Shown: positions 1 through 13,298, counted from the first letter of the stretch. The stretch: 64,000 nt of DNA from Eledone cirrhosa (GCA_964016885.1 OZ024741.1:121210001-121274000); one strand, 5' to 3'. The notes: a model not told the origin generated them from the letters alone. A program made the numbers and translations.

Positions 1-76
1 GTAGGGTTCCCGGCAAACCTTTTCAGTTTTTTTCTACGGGATGTAAAATAAAAACTGAAAAAGTTTACATGCATCT

Positions 77-150
77 CTTGACTAGGATTGAACCCAAGAC
101 CAGGATCTCAACCGTCTCTAGTACCTATCGCTAGGCCACTGAGACAGCTA
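77..150 (-). mobile_element. tRNA-derived SINE head
   Basis: Minus strand reads an A-box-like TGGCCTAGCGATAGG and a B-box GGGTTCAATCC; no complete cloverleaf seen. Confidence 0.5.
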
Positions 151-315
151 CGAAAATCTCCTGAAAATCCATACTTATAAACCTACTTTAAAAATGTTCA
201 ATACAAAATGATGTGATGTCATTCATGTCTTTCTTCCTCCTACTTAAGGTCGACTTCTAAATCATTTGGGTGTTCCATAAACTACATCCTCGTTTTGTTT
301 CTCATGTATATAGAT

Positions 316-1860
316 CAGGCATGTCAAACATGCGGCCATTTCCAAGCACACCCGCGGCCCGCACAAAGGTTTTTACAGCGCGAGCATGTTTTATCTACGT
401 ATAAAATAATACAAAAATTTCGATATGATTGTTTTTTTTGTGCGATTTTTTTTGTGCAAATCACGCGCAGCTCAATAACAGTTGTTAACAGAAAACTTTC
501 TTTCAAAATTTCAAAAGTTTTTTCTTTTAAAATGGCTAGTGCTCCTCCAGCTAAGAGAAAAAGGAAATTGAACGAAGAAGGGTGAGTGTTTCAAGAAAAG
601 TGGGAATTACAGTATTTTTGCACAACGGTGAACGGAAAGATTCACTGTTTAATTTGCAACAACTGCATCGCCACGCCAAAAGAGTATAAGTTGAAAAAGC
701 ATTATGAAGCGAAGCATCGATCTTACGATAAATATGAAGGCCCAATGCGTGTTTCAAGACTCAAGGGATTGAAGGCTAACTTGACACAGCAACAGACCTG
801 TTTTATGTAAATTCAGGAAGAGAATGTCGCTTCCGTTACTGCAAGCTATGAACTCAGCCGAATGATCGTCATGAGTGGGAAATCTTACAGTGAAGGAGAT
901 TTTGTAAAGCAATGCCTTGTAAAAACAGCTGAAATTGTATGTCCAGAGAAAGCACAATCATTAATTCAAAGACATTTCATTAACCAGGAACACTATTGTT
1001 GAACGGATTCATGAAATGTCAAGTGATCTGAAACAACAGTTGAAGGCTGTATCATCAAGGTTTGAACATTTTCCTATTGCTATTGTTGAGACCGTTGACA
1101 TCACTGGAATAGCACAGCTTGCATTCTTCATCAGGACCTGTGACCGTGAATTTAATATTTATGAAGAACTGATTGAACTGGTCCTCATGTATGTATGGCA
1201 CTATAACAAGATAGGACATATTTGAGAAGGTCGAGCAGGTTCTGCATGACTATGGTTTTCATTTGATTAAACTTGCATGCTTATCTACTGATGGTGCTGC
1301 GAATATGGTTGGCAGACATAATGGTGTTACTGCCAAGTTACAAGCAAAAATAGAAAACTCGCATCCAGATTCAATTCATCATTTGCACATTTTCACTGTA
1401 TTATTCATCAGCAAAATTTGTGTTCAAAGATTTTAAAATTGCATCATGTGCTTAGCTTGGTCACAAAGACAGTGAACTATATCAGAGGCCGTGCTCTCAA
1501 CCGCCGTCAGTTCAGTCAGTTGTTGGAAGATATGGATAATCAGTTCACCGATGTTCCATTTTACGCAGAAGTCTGCTGGTTGTCATGTCACAAAGTGCTG
1601 AAAAGATTCTATTTGTTGAGACACGAAATAATTATGTTTTTAGAGATGAAATAAAAGATGAAAGTTGGCTCCAAGATCTGGCTTTTGCTGTGGATATTAC
1701 TGCACAATTAACTGATCTTAATTTGAAATTACAAGGTAAAAACAAACTCATCACTCAGTTGTATGATGACACGAAGCTTATGGAAGTCACAGTTGTCAAA
1801 TTAAAATTTAATTCATTTTCCTACATGCAAAGAGCTGAAACACTGCCAATATTGAGTCTG
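316..1860 (+). mobile_element. Decayed hAT DNA transposon, Buster/Charlie/SPIN (GTF2IRD2-like) group; left end only
   Basis: Left TIR-like CAGGCATGTCAAAC...GCGGCCCGC at 316, preceded by 8-mer ATATAGAT with central TA (Buster-type target site). No right TIR found. Confidence 0.85.
532..1855 (+). pseudogene. hAT (Buster-type) transposase pseudogene
   Basis: MASAPPAKRKRK..FQEKWELQYF..CLIC..KKHYEAKH, ETVDITGIAQLAFFIR, LSTDGAANMVG, HCIIHQQNLC (CxxH), EVCWLS, DLNLKLQGK; several stops and frameshifts. Confidence 0.9.
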
Positions 1861-2402
1861 TACTTAGCTTTGCTAAGTATGACAATCCTGTCGAGGTCAG
1901 CTTTGCCTTTCATTTTTCCGGGGTTGGTAAAAATAAAGTACCAGTTAAGTACTGGGTTCATCCTTTCTTTCTTCACATTGCTGGCCGTGTGCCAATATTT
2001 GTCGTTACTTTTGATCCAAGGCCAGCAATTTGAAGGGAAGGGGAAAGTCGACTAAATGAACCCCAGTGCATTACTGGTACTTTATTTTTATTGAAACTGT
2101 AAGGTTGAAAGGCAAAGATAAACTCGGCGGGATGACAATATTAGAAAGAATTATTAAAACTTCCAAATTGTTGATTATTTGAAAGTTATACACAGTGTTT
2201 TCGTTAGAAATATGAAACAAAAGTGTCAATGAAACTGATCTGAAAAGCCTGTCCAACTTTCTTTGGTCGTGTTTATCTGTATGTTCATTTGCTGGCCACT
2301 TTACTCGAGACGTGAAGCATTGGGCCCGGAGAGTCGGTCAACCAACTATATGTTGCGACGTTTGAATACTCAAAGTCGCAGTAATGAAATATATTGTATT
2401 TG

Positions 2403-2600
2403 TGAAGGTGCATCGCTTTGTTGTTAGTTAGGGTGTTCCATTCAGGATATTGAAGTCGTGAGTTCGATTCTCGGCGGTGCTTTGTATCCTTGAGCAAGAC
2501 AGTTAATTTAAGTTGTTCCAGTCCGCTTTAGCTGGAAAATATGCTATACACCTGTAATTCAAAAGATAAGCTTTGACATACGCTGTGAAACTCCATTAGG
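2403..2600 (+). mobile_element. tRNA-derived CORE-type SINE, degenerate
   Basis: B-box GAGTTCGATTC followed by TCCTTGAGCAAGACA; similar to the copy at 9527. Confidence 0.6.
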
Positions 2601-2638
2601 GATACATGTTCTGTTGGTGGAAAAAATCGGAGATCCAA

Positions 2639-3256
2639 CAACATATTTTAGTTTGATGTAAAGAATGTAGAGAATAATAATAATAATATTAATAATAATA
2701 ATGTCCGTTTACAATTGTTTCGCTACTCCATATAATATTTCTGGATCAGATGACTATATATCATAATTGATCTGGTTCAGTTGAAAATAATTAACATATT
2801 TAAAAAACAGAGTGGCTCATCGGAACTTCAAAGGAATATAAATTAAAATAATGGGATAATGTTACATAATATAATGTTCCATATATTGGTTTTTACTATG
2901 GTCTCTTGGTCATAGGCAGATCTCACACAATGCAGCCTCGACAGATGAATACTGCTTGATTATGGCTGACAACTGATGCAACCAATAGACCATAGTAAAA
3001 ACCAATATATGGAACATTATATTATGTAATATTATCCCATTATTTTAATTTATATTCCTATGAAGTTCCGATGAGCCACTCTGTTTTTTTAAATATGTTA
3101 ATTATTTTCAACTGAACCAGATCAATTATGATATATAGTCATCTGATCCAGAAATATTATATGGAGTAGCGAAACAATTGTAAACGGACATTATTATTAT
3201 TAATATTATTATTATTATTATTCTCTACATTCCTTACATCAAACTAAAATATGTTG
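2639..3256. repeat. Long inverted repeat (fold-back), each arm containing a hammerhead motif; Penelope-like element end
   Basis: 2639-2910 is a near-perfect reverse complement of 2981-3256, with a ~70-bp spacer. Confidence 0.9.
3065..3185 (+). ncRNA. Type I hammerhead-like motif, CCGAUGA core, extended stem II (mirror copy 2707-2826, minus)
   Basis: GTT-CCGATGA-GCCACTCTG...TGGAGTAGC-GAAA-CAATTG-TA-AAC; stem I GTT/AAC, palindromic stem III. Confidence 0.6.
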
Positions 3257-3499
3257 ACAATCTTTTAATAATGTCTTCCTTGTGAAATTTGTGGTCTTGT
3301 TTTGCTTAACTAATGAATATTTCCAGCTCTGCGCACCTAACTTCTGCATGAACCCAGCCACCTAGCTGCTTTCTACTGCATATTGCACATTGAGCACATG
3401 CCTTTACGATTTGGCTTCTAACTAACTCACCAATCTCTCCTCTCATATCTCCTCTACTATCTCCATCTCTCTCTTTAAGATTGGTTACTCTTGAACTGT

Positions 3500-3810
3500 G
3501 TATATGTATAATATATATATATATGTATAATATATATATATGTATAATATATATTTATATATGTATTATATATATGTATAATATATATATATATATGTAT
3601 AATATATATATGTATAATATATATATATGTATAATATATATATATATTTATATATGTATACTATATATATATATATATCCAAAATTAAATTAAATTAAGG
3701 GTGTCATATATATATATATATATTATACACATATATATATATATATATATATATTATACATATATATATTATCCATATATATATATTATCCATATATATA
3801 TATATATTAT

Positions 3811-3902
<92 letters not shown>

Positions 3903-4045
3903 CTACCTATAACAATAATTTGTTACCCCGTATATATATATATATTATACACACACATATATATATATATATATAAATTATACACACACACACACATATA
4001 TATATATATATGTATATATTATACACACACACACACACATATATG

Positions 4046-4076
<31 letters not shown>

Positions 4077-4147
4077 TATACATATATATATATATCGAGC
4101 CCTCTCTGGATTTTAGTCTTCAATTTTATTATTATTACTATTATTAT

Positions 4148-4231
<84 letters not shown>

Positions 4232-4250
4232 CATATATATACATATATCT
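3500..4250. repeat. Compound (TA)n/(CA)n microsatellite field
   Basis: Direct inspection. Similar fields at ~6840-7725, 8330-8630, 9200-9525, 25800-26525, 34050-34680, 47270-47645. Confidence 0.95.
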
Positions 4251-4432
4251 AGGGAGTGTAACTTCGAGTTACTGTAGGTTCACCCGGGTGAGTACTCGAT
4301 GTTTAGGTTCACTTCTGTGTTGAGGTGTAGAGCTATACAGAGTGTATTATATTGAAAAGATAACAAGGACAATTGGTTCCTCCTTCATTACATATGTAAT
4401 GAAGGAGTAACCAATCGTCCTTGTTATCTTTT

Positions 4433-4480
<48 letters not shown>

Positions 4481-4721
4481 GAAAAGTATAGAAATTATTG
4501 TAGCAAGAAGCCAACAGTATTTCATAATATATAAGTGACTATAGCGTCAAAATGGAAAAATAGTTAACGTAAGATGTGGGAAATAATTCAAACTCAATTC
4601 AAAAAGAAGAATCAGGATATAGATTCATCCACAGAATTTGGTGAAATCAAGGAAAAAAATTAATAGAGCCAATAAAATAAAGTTTAAAATACTCATCCTT
4701 CAATTTGGAAAATCTACAAAT

Positions 4722-4799
4722 GCTCTGTATAGTCTTAAAGACTATTTCACGAAACTTTCAGTGGGGATGGTCACGTTTGGAATCGATCATCAGCAGAGC
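4722..4799 (-). ncRNA. Type I hammerhead ribozyme motif
   Basis: Minus: GCTCTG-CTGATGA-TCGA...TCGT-GAAA-TAGTCTTTAAGACTA-TA-CAGAGC; 6-bp stem I, self-complementary stem III. Confidence 0.85.
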
Positions 4800-5145
4800 T
4801 CAAAGACACGATAACCGAAGTTCCACTGTTTATAAAATGCCAAAAAGGGAATTTAAAAGCAGGCTAGTTCAACATCATGCGTAATTATGAAGAAAAACGC
4901 ACATGTAGAGACAGGGCTGGTGACGTCACAATGGGACGAATGTCTGTTTACATGAAACAACAGTCAAAAACATTCCGAAAAAAACTCTACAATATAAGGA
5001 GTTCAGCAAAAGCAATATTATTAGCAATAATATTAAATTCATAAATTTACAAATCTACAAACTTATAAATTATAAATTTCTGGTATAACAATATATATAT
5101 TATACATATATATATTATACCTATATATATATATTATACATATAT

Positions 5146-6704
5146 TTCACCGCTCCTATTAATGACGTATTATTCGTTTTTTCCCGTTCTTTGCCAGCGA
5201 ACGTCACCATGAACCAAAGTATCGTCTTCCTGTCTTCTTCCAGTTGCAACGTTTTTTGAAATATCCAGTTCTGCGTTTACAGATTGACTTTGTTAGTTTC
5301 AGAAGATCCCGTTAAGGGTGAAAGCAGCGATTCTTTGCTTAAACTTTAATCTGTTATATTAATAAATATTATACATATATATATATATTATACATATATA
5401 TATATATTATACATATATATATAATACATATATATATAATACACACATATATATATATATATATTATACATATATATATAATACATATATATATAATACA
5501 CATATATATATATATATATATATATTTATTAAAATAACAGATTAAAGTTTAAGCAAAGAATCGCTGCTTTCACCCTTAACGGGATCTTCTGAAACTAACA
5601 AAGTCAATCTGTAAACGCAGAACTGGATATTTCAAAAAACGTTGCAACCGGAGGAAGACAGGAAGACGATACTTTGGTTCGTGGTAACGTTCGCTGGCAA
5701 AGAACGGGAAAAAACGAATAATACGTCATTAATAGGAGCGGTGAAAAACAATTACGCGCAAAGACAAAACCACGTTTATGGTATAAAAGAGGTCGTAGAC
5801 TAATGTTCTCTTAGGTGGTGCATAGAGACGTTCTCTGGCAATGAACGAAAAAACGAAGATAATAAGTCATATGTGGAGCGTGGAGAACAATAGCACGCAA
5901 AGACAAAACCACGTAAATGGTATAGCAGAAATCGTAGACTAAAATTCTAACTAGGAGACCAAATGAATGTCCGCTACAGAGTTAAGAACAAAGTAAATAA
6001 ATACAATACAGAAGTAATAGGAACAAATAAATACATACACGCAAACAGATACGTACATACACAAGCATACGCAAAACCTTACCATGGGTATACAAAACCA
6101 CGCACATATAAATATGTGTGTGTGTGTATGCTTGTGTACAAATAAATAAATAATTATATAAACGTATATAAGTAAATAAATACGTATATAACAAGCGCAC
6201 ACGCATACCTACATATAAATACACGAATGTTCGGAGACGTAAGTCAACTAAAACAAGAAGTACACATATACACACACCCACCATACGTACGAACCTGCAC
6301 ACTCACGCGGACGCAAAACTCCCGTATACACATAGCCAAACCCTAAATACCAGAATATGTAAAAATTATATAATTATTTATTTATTTGTACACAAGCATT
6401 CACACACACACATATTTATATGTGCGTGGTTTTTTCCCGTTCTTTGCCAGCGAACGTTACCACGAACCAAAGTATCGTCTTCCTGTCTTCCTCCGGTTGC
6501 AACGTTTTTTGAAATATCCAGTTCTGCGTTTACAGATTGACTTTGTTAGTTTCAGAAGATCCCGTTAAGGGTGAAAGCAGCGATTCTTTGCTTAAACTTT
6601 AATCTGTTATTTTAATAAATATTTGCTCTACGGTTCTTATATATTTGATATATATTTTCCTTATCGAGCCCTCTTTGGATTTTAGTCTTCAATTTTATTA
6701 TTAT

Positions 6705-6708
<4 letters not shown>
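5146..6708. mobile_element. Non-coding Penelope-like element with three alternating-orientation terminal repeat copies
   Basis: 5146-5370 (+), 5523-5745 (-) and 6431-6708 (+) are near-identical. 3' ends of the same family at ~4094-4150, ~17081-17190 and 38581-38787. Confidence 0.75.
5295..5345 (+). ncRNA. Hammerhead-like motif with CAGAAGA core (copies 5546-5596 minus, 6548-6598 plus, 38693-38741 minus)
   Basis: AGTTT-CAGAAGA-TCCC GTTAA GGGT-GAAA-GCAG CGATTCT TTGC-TT-AAACT; all three stems pair. Confidence 0.7.
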
Positions 6709-6744
<36 letters not shown>

Positions 6745-6918
6745 ATCTATATTATTTATACTCCAGTCCTACAAACTGTAGAGTGCTACTTATCCGATAT
6801 TTGCATTGCTTTATTGTGCTACAATAAAACTCACCTCCTACACACACACATATATATATATATCATACATATATATATATATATATTATACACACACACA
6901 CACACACACACGCACAAC

Positions 6919-6970
<52 letters not shown>

Positions 6971-6988
6971 TATATATATATATATTAT

Positions 6989-7032
<44 letters not shown>

Positions 7033-7046
7033 TATACACACACATA

Positions 7047-7190
<144 letters not shown>

Positions 7191-7537
7191 TATACACATA
7201 CATATATATATACATATATTATAAATATATATATATATACATATATACATTATACACACACACACACATATATATATATACATATATTATATATATATAT
7301 TATACACACATATATATTACACACATATATTATATATATATATATTATACACACATATATATACATATATATATTATACGCACATATTATACATATATTA
7401 TATATATATTATACATATTATATATATATATATATTATACATATTATATATATATATACATATTGTACATATTATATATATATATATACATATTATATAT
7501 ATATATATATACATATTATACATATATATATATATAT

Positions 7538-7648
<111 letters not shown>

Positions 7649-7678
7649 GTATAATATGTATATATATATATATATACA

Positions 7679-7726
<48 letters not shown>

Positions 7727-7780
7727 CGGCGATGAATTAGTTTTGCGAGGTTTTTTATATGAAATCGTGTGTCGAAACAA

Positions 7781-8326
7781 ATATTGTTATACTTGGGGAG
7801 GGTCATATTTGCGTAATATTGCCAGAATTAATAACAGAACACACTCACTGTTTGGTTGGTTTTCGCTTCTCGCTGTCTTTTATTATATCTGCGATCTAAC
7901 TTACTCGGTCCTCAATGTTGCCATTGACTGACCGGCGGTCAAAAATAATACAGATACAATATAGACACAAACACATATATATATATATATAGTTTACATA
8001 ATTTACATAAATAAGACTGAATAAAAAATGGCGTAGGCATACAACACAACAGGAGGAACAATGAATATAACACCACTGACGATGTTGCAGATGTGCAACG
8101 AAAGATTTATGTAAATTATGTAAACTATATATATATATATGTGTTTGTGTCTATATTGTATTTGTATTATTTTTGACCGCCGGTCAGTCAATGGCAACAT
8201 TGAGGACCGAGTAAGTTAGATCGCAGATATAATAAAAGACAGCGAGAAGCGAAAACCAACCAAACAGTGAGTGTGTTCTGTTATTAATTCTGGCAATATT
8301 ACGCAAATATGACCCTCCCCAAGTAT

Positions 8327-8332
<6 letters not shown>
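7781..8332. repeat. Long inverted repeat (~230-bp arms) in (TA)n
   Basis: 7781-8011 is the reverse complement of ~8105-8332. The spacer holds CTGACGA-TGTTGCA-GATG-TGCAAC-GAAA (8076-8103), a partial hammerhead-like core. Confidence 0.85.
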
Positions 8333-8376
<44 letters not shown>

Positions 8377-8399
8377 TATATATATATATATACATATAT

Positions 8400-8455
<56 letters not shown>

Positions 8456-8548
8456 CATATATATATATATATATTATATATAATATAAATTATATATATA
8501 TATTATATATATTATTCATATATAATATATATATATATATTATATATT

Positions 8549-8627
<79 letters not shown>

Positions 8628-8742
8628 TTACAACCATATACATATAACAACTATTACTGTTGGAAGCTCGTCGCTTCTAATAGTAATGGTTGCATTCTTT
8701 ACGGGTATGTCAATATTTATTTATAAAACTGCTCTATATTAT

Positions 8743-8805
8743 ATTTTATCTGATGAAAGCACACCATAATTTAACTTGCTGTTCTTGAAATATGTATAAT
8801 GACAT
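8743..8805 (+). ncRNA. Type I hammerhead motif (family with 12281 and 20458)
   Basis: ATTTTAT-CTGATGA-AAG...CTT-GAAA-TATGTA-TA-ATGACAT; stem I partly decayed. Confidence 0.65.
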
Positions 8806-8846
8806 AAATATGGTTTTATAAATATAGTTTCCATTTGATAATATCG

Positions 8847-8883
<37 letters not shown>

Positions 8884-8993
8884 CATATATATATCATATA
8901 TATATATATCATATATATATATATTATATATATATATATATATCATATATATATATATATTATATATATATCATATATATATATTATATATAG

Positions 8994-9196
8994 GAACCGG
9001 TAAGACCCCGACGGCTGAGCTCAAGCCGTTTCGACGGCTAATTCTGGACTCAGTCCAGAATTAGCCGTCGAAACGGCTTGAGCTCAGCCGTCGAGGTCTT
9101 ACCGGTTCATATTACCCACTCTATTACCCTACCCCAAGTATTGAGTACTTTGGTGCGTTATGGTCCACCTGGTTCCTTACCACATTTCCTTCGTTA
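8994..9196 (+). mobile_element. Truncated Penelope-like end with fold-back of the hammerhead 3' half (copies 13662-13833 minus, 63094-63286 plus)
   Basis: Palindrome 8994-9107 containing GAAA-CGGC TTGAGCTCA GCCG-TC, then a shared tail ...TATTGAGTACTTTGGTGCGTTA...CTTCGTTA. Confidence 0.7.
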
Positions 9197-9302
9197 TATT
9201 ATATATATATATATATTATATATATATATATATATCATATATTTATATATATATTATATATATATATATATATTATATATATATATATATATTATATATA
9301 TA

Positions 9303-9485
<183 letters not shown>

Positions 9486-9526
9486 TATATATATATTATA
9501 TATATTATTTATATATATAATATATA

Positions 9527-9652
9527 TGTGTGAAAGCGTGTGGCTGAGTGATTAGAGAATTGAATTCGCAATCGAAAGATTGTGAGTTCGATTCCTGGAC
9601 CAGGAAATGCGTTATGTCCTTGAGCAAGACACTTTATTTCACGTTGCTCCTT
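9527..9652 (+). mobile_element. tRNA-derived CORE-type SINE
   Basis: A-box TGGCTGAGTGATTAG, B-box GAGTTCGATTCC, then TGTCCTTGAGCAAGACACTT. Confidence 0.75.
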
Positions 9653-9902
9653 CTACCTGGAGTTGTGATCAATAGATAGTAGTAGCAATTGGAAAGACCA
9701 ACGGAAACATTGTTTCCTCGGTCCGATTTGACGAAAGTCGAGAGTTCCTTATATATATAAATATATTATATATATATATTATATATATATATATATTATA
9801 TATATATATTATATATTATATATATATATATATTATATATATAATAAATTAATAAAAACAATGAATAAAAACAAAGAACAAGTTCCCTATTAAAAAATTC
9901 AT

Positions 9903-10020
9903 CATTTTACGATCGTTTCTACGATATATATGTGTGTTGGTATGTATATCATATAGATCTATGTAAAAATATTACAAAAATATTACATACCTTCACATAT
10001 ATATGCTGTCTTCAGATATA
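9903..10020 (-). ncRNA. Hammerhead motif with long stem II; stem I disrupted
   Basis: Minus: CTGAAGA-(ATATATATGTG..GGTATGTA / TACATACC..CACATATATAT pairing)-GAAA-CGATCG-TA. Confidence 0.6.
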
Positions 10021-10040
10021 TATATATTATTACTATTATT

Positions 10041-10072
<32 letters not shown>

Positions 10073-10163
10073 TTATATATATATGTGTATATTATATATA
10101 TATATATATTATATATATTTATTAATTTATTTAGTTATCTAATAAACAACATAAGATAATTAT

Positions 10164-10221
10164 TTCATTTACCAGTGGTTTCTTGAAAGCAGATGTATCT
10201 GTTTTCAGTCGTCAGTATGAA
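10164..10221 (-). ncRNA. Type I hammerhead ribozyme motif
   Basis: Minus: TTCATA-CTGACGA-CTGAAAACAGAT AC ATCTGCTTTCAA-GAAA-CCACTGG-TA-AATGAA. Confidence 0.75.
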
Positions 10222-10444
10222 TAAAAAACATGTTGTCTTTATTAAATATGGATTTGAAAACAAAAGTCAAGAAATATGAATGTGAGTCTGAGAAAAAAAC
10301 GTGTGTAACAGAAGAGGGGAAAAAGAATAATTAAAAATATATCTATATATAAAAACAATAAATATCCAGAGCGTAAACATACACACACTCAACCACGCGC
10401 ATATAGTTAAAATGCACGTAGACGTATACTTTTTCACATAAGCG

Positions 10445-10505
<61 letters not shown>

Positions 10506-10645
10506 TTAGGTTAATAGGAGTTAGGTATTGTATACCCGTGTCCCATTAAGGTATTGGCAGCATAATAATTAGCTCTATGCTTTGGAGCAGAGCCGTATAT
10601 ATGAAAAAGAACACAAGAGCGTTTACAACATCAAAAGATTTTTAT

Positions 10646-10694
10646 TGGCTTACAATGTTTCTTCCTTACGTAACCGTAGGATTCGTCAGAGCTA
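10646..10694 (-). ncRNA. Type I hammerhead motif (inverted copy at 11921-11969, plus)
   Basis: Minus: TAGCT-CTGACGA-ATCCTACG GTTA CGTAAGGAA-GAAA-CATTG-TA-AGCCA. Confidence 0.8.
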
Positions 10695-11852
10695 TAAAAG
10701 GGGTTTGATTGGTGTTATGGACTCTACCAACCAAACATTCAAGAACAAAGAATAAAGAGAGTAAAGAGCAAAAGTAGGGGACGATAAGTCTAATTTTGGT
10801 GCGGGAGGGTGGTGTGTGGGTCCTTGTTTACTAGCTGCGGTCATATTCATTCCCGGGAGTCGAGTGGTTAGCTGAACCATAGATGGGGTGGCGTCGATAG
10901 TATGGTGCAGAGGGTGTGCAGAAGCCACACAGACACAAAGGGCATACAATATATATATAAAGCGGAGGAGAAAGTACATGAGGTAATTAGAAATGGAAAA
11001 AGAGTAATAATAATAATCTATAATTAATAGTGTATAATAAGGCATGGGGAAGATTACACTATAATAAGGTATAAAAGTAAGAATAAGGTAAAATATAAAG
11101 GAGGATAAAAGTGAAAATAATAAAGATAAAAAAATATATATATGTAAAAAATATATAGAGAATATATAAAGAAATATAAGCGAATATTTGGAGGGGAAAA
11201 CACAATGTAAAAAAACTGATTTTTTCAAATAAAAATAAAAATATAATAATTATGGGGGGAGAAAACGGGATAGAGAAATATGATCAAATGTGATTAGTTG
11301 AGAGAATATAAGATGATAATAGTTATGTCAAGTTTATACATCTTAATAATAAATAATCTGTGTATCAGAGTTACAGAACCTTCAATTCACTTACAGGTTC
11401 AAGCCACGTGGCATAGTCCATTGTTTATCTGTGCGGTCATGCGCGTTTGTTTTTGACACCACAGTAGATGCACAAGTTCGTAAATTCCAATGCATATAGA
11501 AATCTATTTTTGCTCACCCGGACATTGACGGAGGATCAAATATTCCTAGTTCAATATGTGTGTGGTGTTATTTTGGTCGCACAAATCAATCACTTGGTTC
11601 AATATTATGGAGTATGGTTTTCTGGTCTTCGTAACAGTGTCAGTGGTTGTATATCTGGAAATCACAAGGATCACAGTACTCCGGTTTGGTGTGATTATCG
11701 GTCATCCAGCTATGTTGTTGGTGGTTGGATTCAATTCTATTCGCCCGAACGTTGAACTTTGGTGTCGATAGAACATTAACGACGCAGGGTGAGATCGCAT
11801 CTGTGGTACAAAACGGTACGCAAGGAAATTCTTCGTCTTCGTTTCTCCTCCG

Positions 11853-11901
<49 letters not shown>

Positions 11902-12008
11902 ATGCCCTTTGTGTTTGTGTAGCCTCTGACGAATCCTACGGTTACGTAAGGAAGAAACGTTGTAAGCCAATAACAATCTTTTGATGTTGTAGACGCTCTT
12001 GTGTTCTT

Positions 12009-12107
<99 letters not shown>

Positions 12108-12280
12108 TATAAGTAGAAGATATATATATATATATAAGTAGAAGGGAGTATTTAATTTGTTGGAAATCCGACAAATATAAATATAAATGTTTATAATTGA
12201 TTTAGAGCACTCAACATTTTTCTGGAGTGAATATTCAATGATATTAAATAAATGGAAACTATATTTATAAAACCATATTT

Positions 12281-12341
12281 ATTTTATTATATATATTTCA
12301 AGGGTACTAAAAGACTTTGGTACGTTTTCTTCAGATAAAAT
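12281..12341 (-). ncRNA. Type I hammerhead ribozyme motif
   Basis: Minus: ATTTTAT-CTGAAGA-AAACGTACCAAAG TC TTTTAGTACCCTT-GAAA-TATATA-TA-ATAAAAT; 7-bp stem I. Confidence 0.8.
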
Positions 12342-13298
12342 ACAAAATTTGTTTTCTAAATAGAGACATACCCAGGAAAATCATACCTTATCAGTTGGAT
12401 ATTCTCTGGATAGTATATATATATATATATATATATGTTTCTATATCTGTTTGACACGCAGTGACTAACAACAGAATGTTTTAAGTCTGCGTGTCTGACA
12501 TATATGCGTAGCTTGTGAATAAAAATTCAAGGGGTGTCCGTGGCCGTGGTGATCCTTGCCAAACATGTTTTGTAATGTATCGTTTTATTGGCTAATTTCA
12601 TCGTCTTATTGGCTAATCAACCAACGATAGTAATTGTTGCTCAAAAGCATCCGCCATCATGTTTGTACGTTTATTTATCGTTTCGCTTTCGAATCTTCCG
12701 CCTGTATTTCGTCGTTTATCATCAAAATATTTTTCTCGTTTTGATAAGTTATATTGTTAATTTATATATGATTTTTTAAATTTATATTAACTATTTTTTT
12801 TTCAGTTCGTTATAACATGCTTATAATATTGGTTGTATCATATTTACTTGTATATTTGTCCATATTATTGTTCGTTTTATGTTAGATTATTTCATTATTA
12901 TTATGTTAGATTATTTTTTTTATTATTATGCTAGACTATTTGTATATAATATTTAATTTTTATTAATTCAATTATAACAATTATTATGTAAAATATATTT
13001 ATTTAATATTGATTGTTTTTTGTAGTTGTTTATATTAAAAGTCTGAAACGTACGTAGGTGCTATTTTAAATAAACATGTTTTAACGGTTTGTTCTCCTTT
13101 ATTTACTTCTCCGCTCTACTAATTCTCTCGCCCACTAGATATTAACACTTCTAATATTTAACACTGCCGGCACTAGTATTGAGCACCCTCTGCATACGTT
13201 ATTGGCAAATTACATGTATCACTTTTCCCCCTTCTCTCTTTCTCTCTCGATATGTAAATATTCTATATACATATATATATATATACATATATATATAC

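Noticed and set aside
77-150. Functional tRNA genes here and at other A/B-box hits
   Set aside because: No full cloverleaf; the other hits run into multi-copy SINE bodies.
13040-13065. GAAA-CGTACG-TA and similar half motifs (also ~27705 minus)
   Set aside because: No upstream CUGANGA or stem I; not counted as ribozymes.
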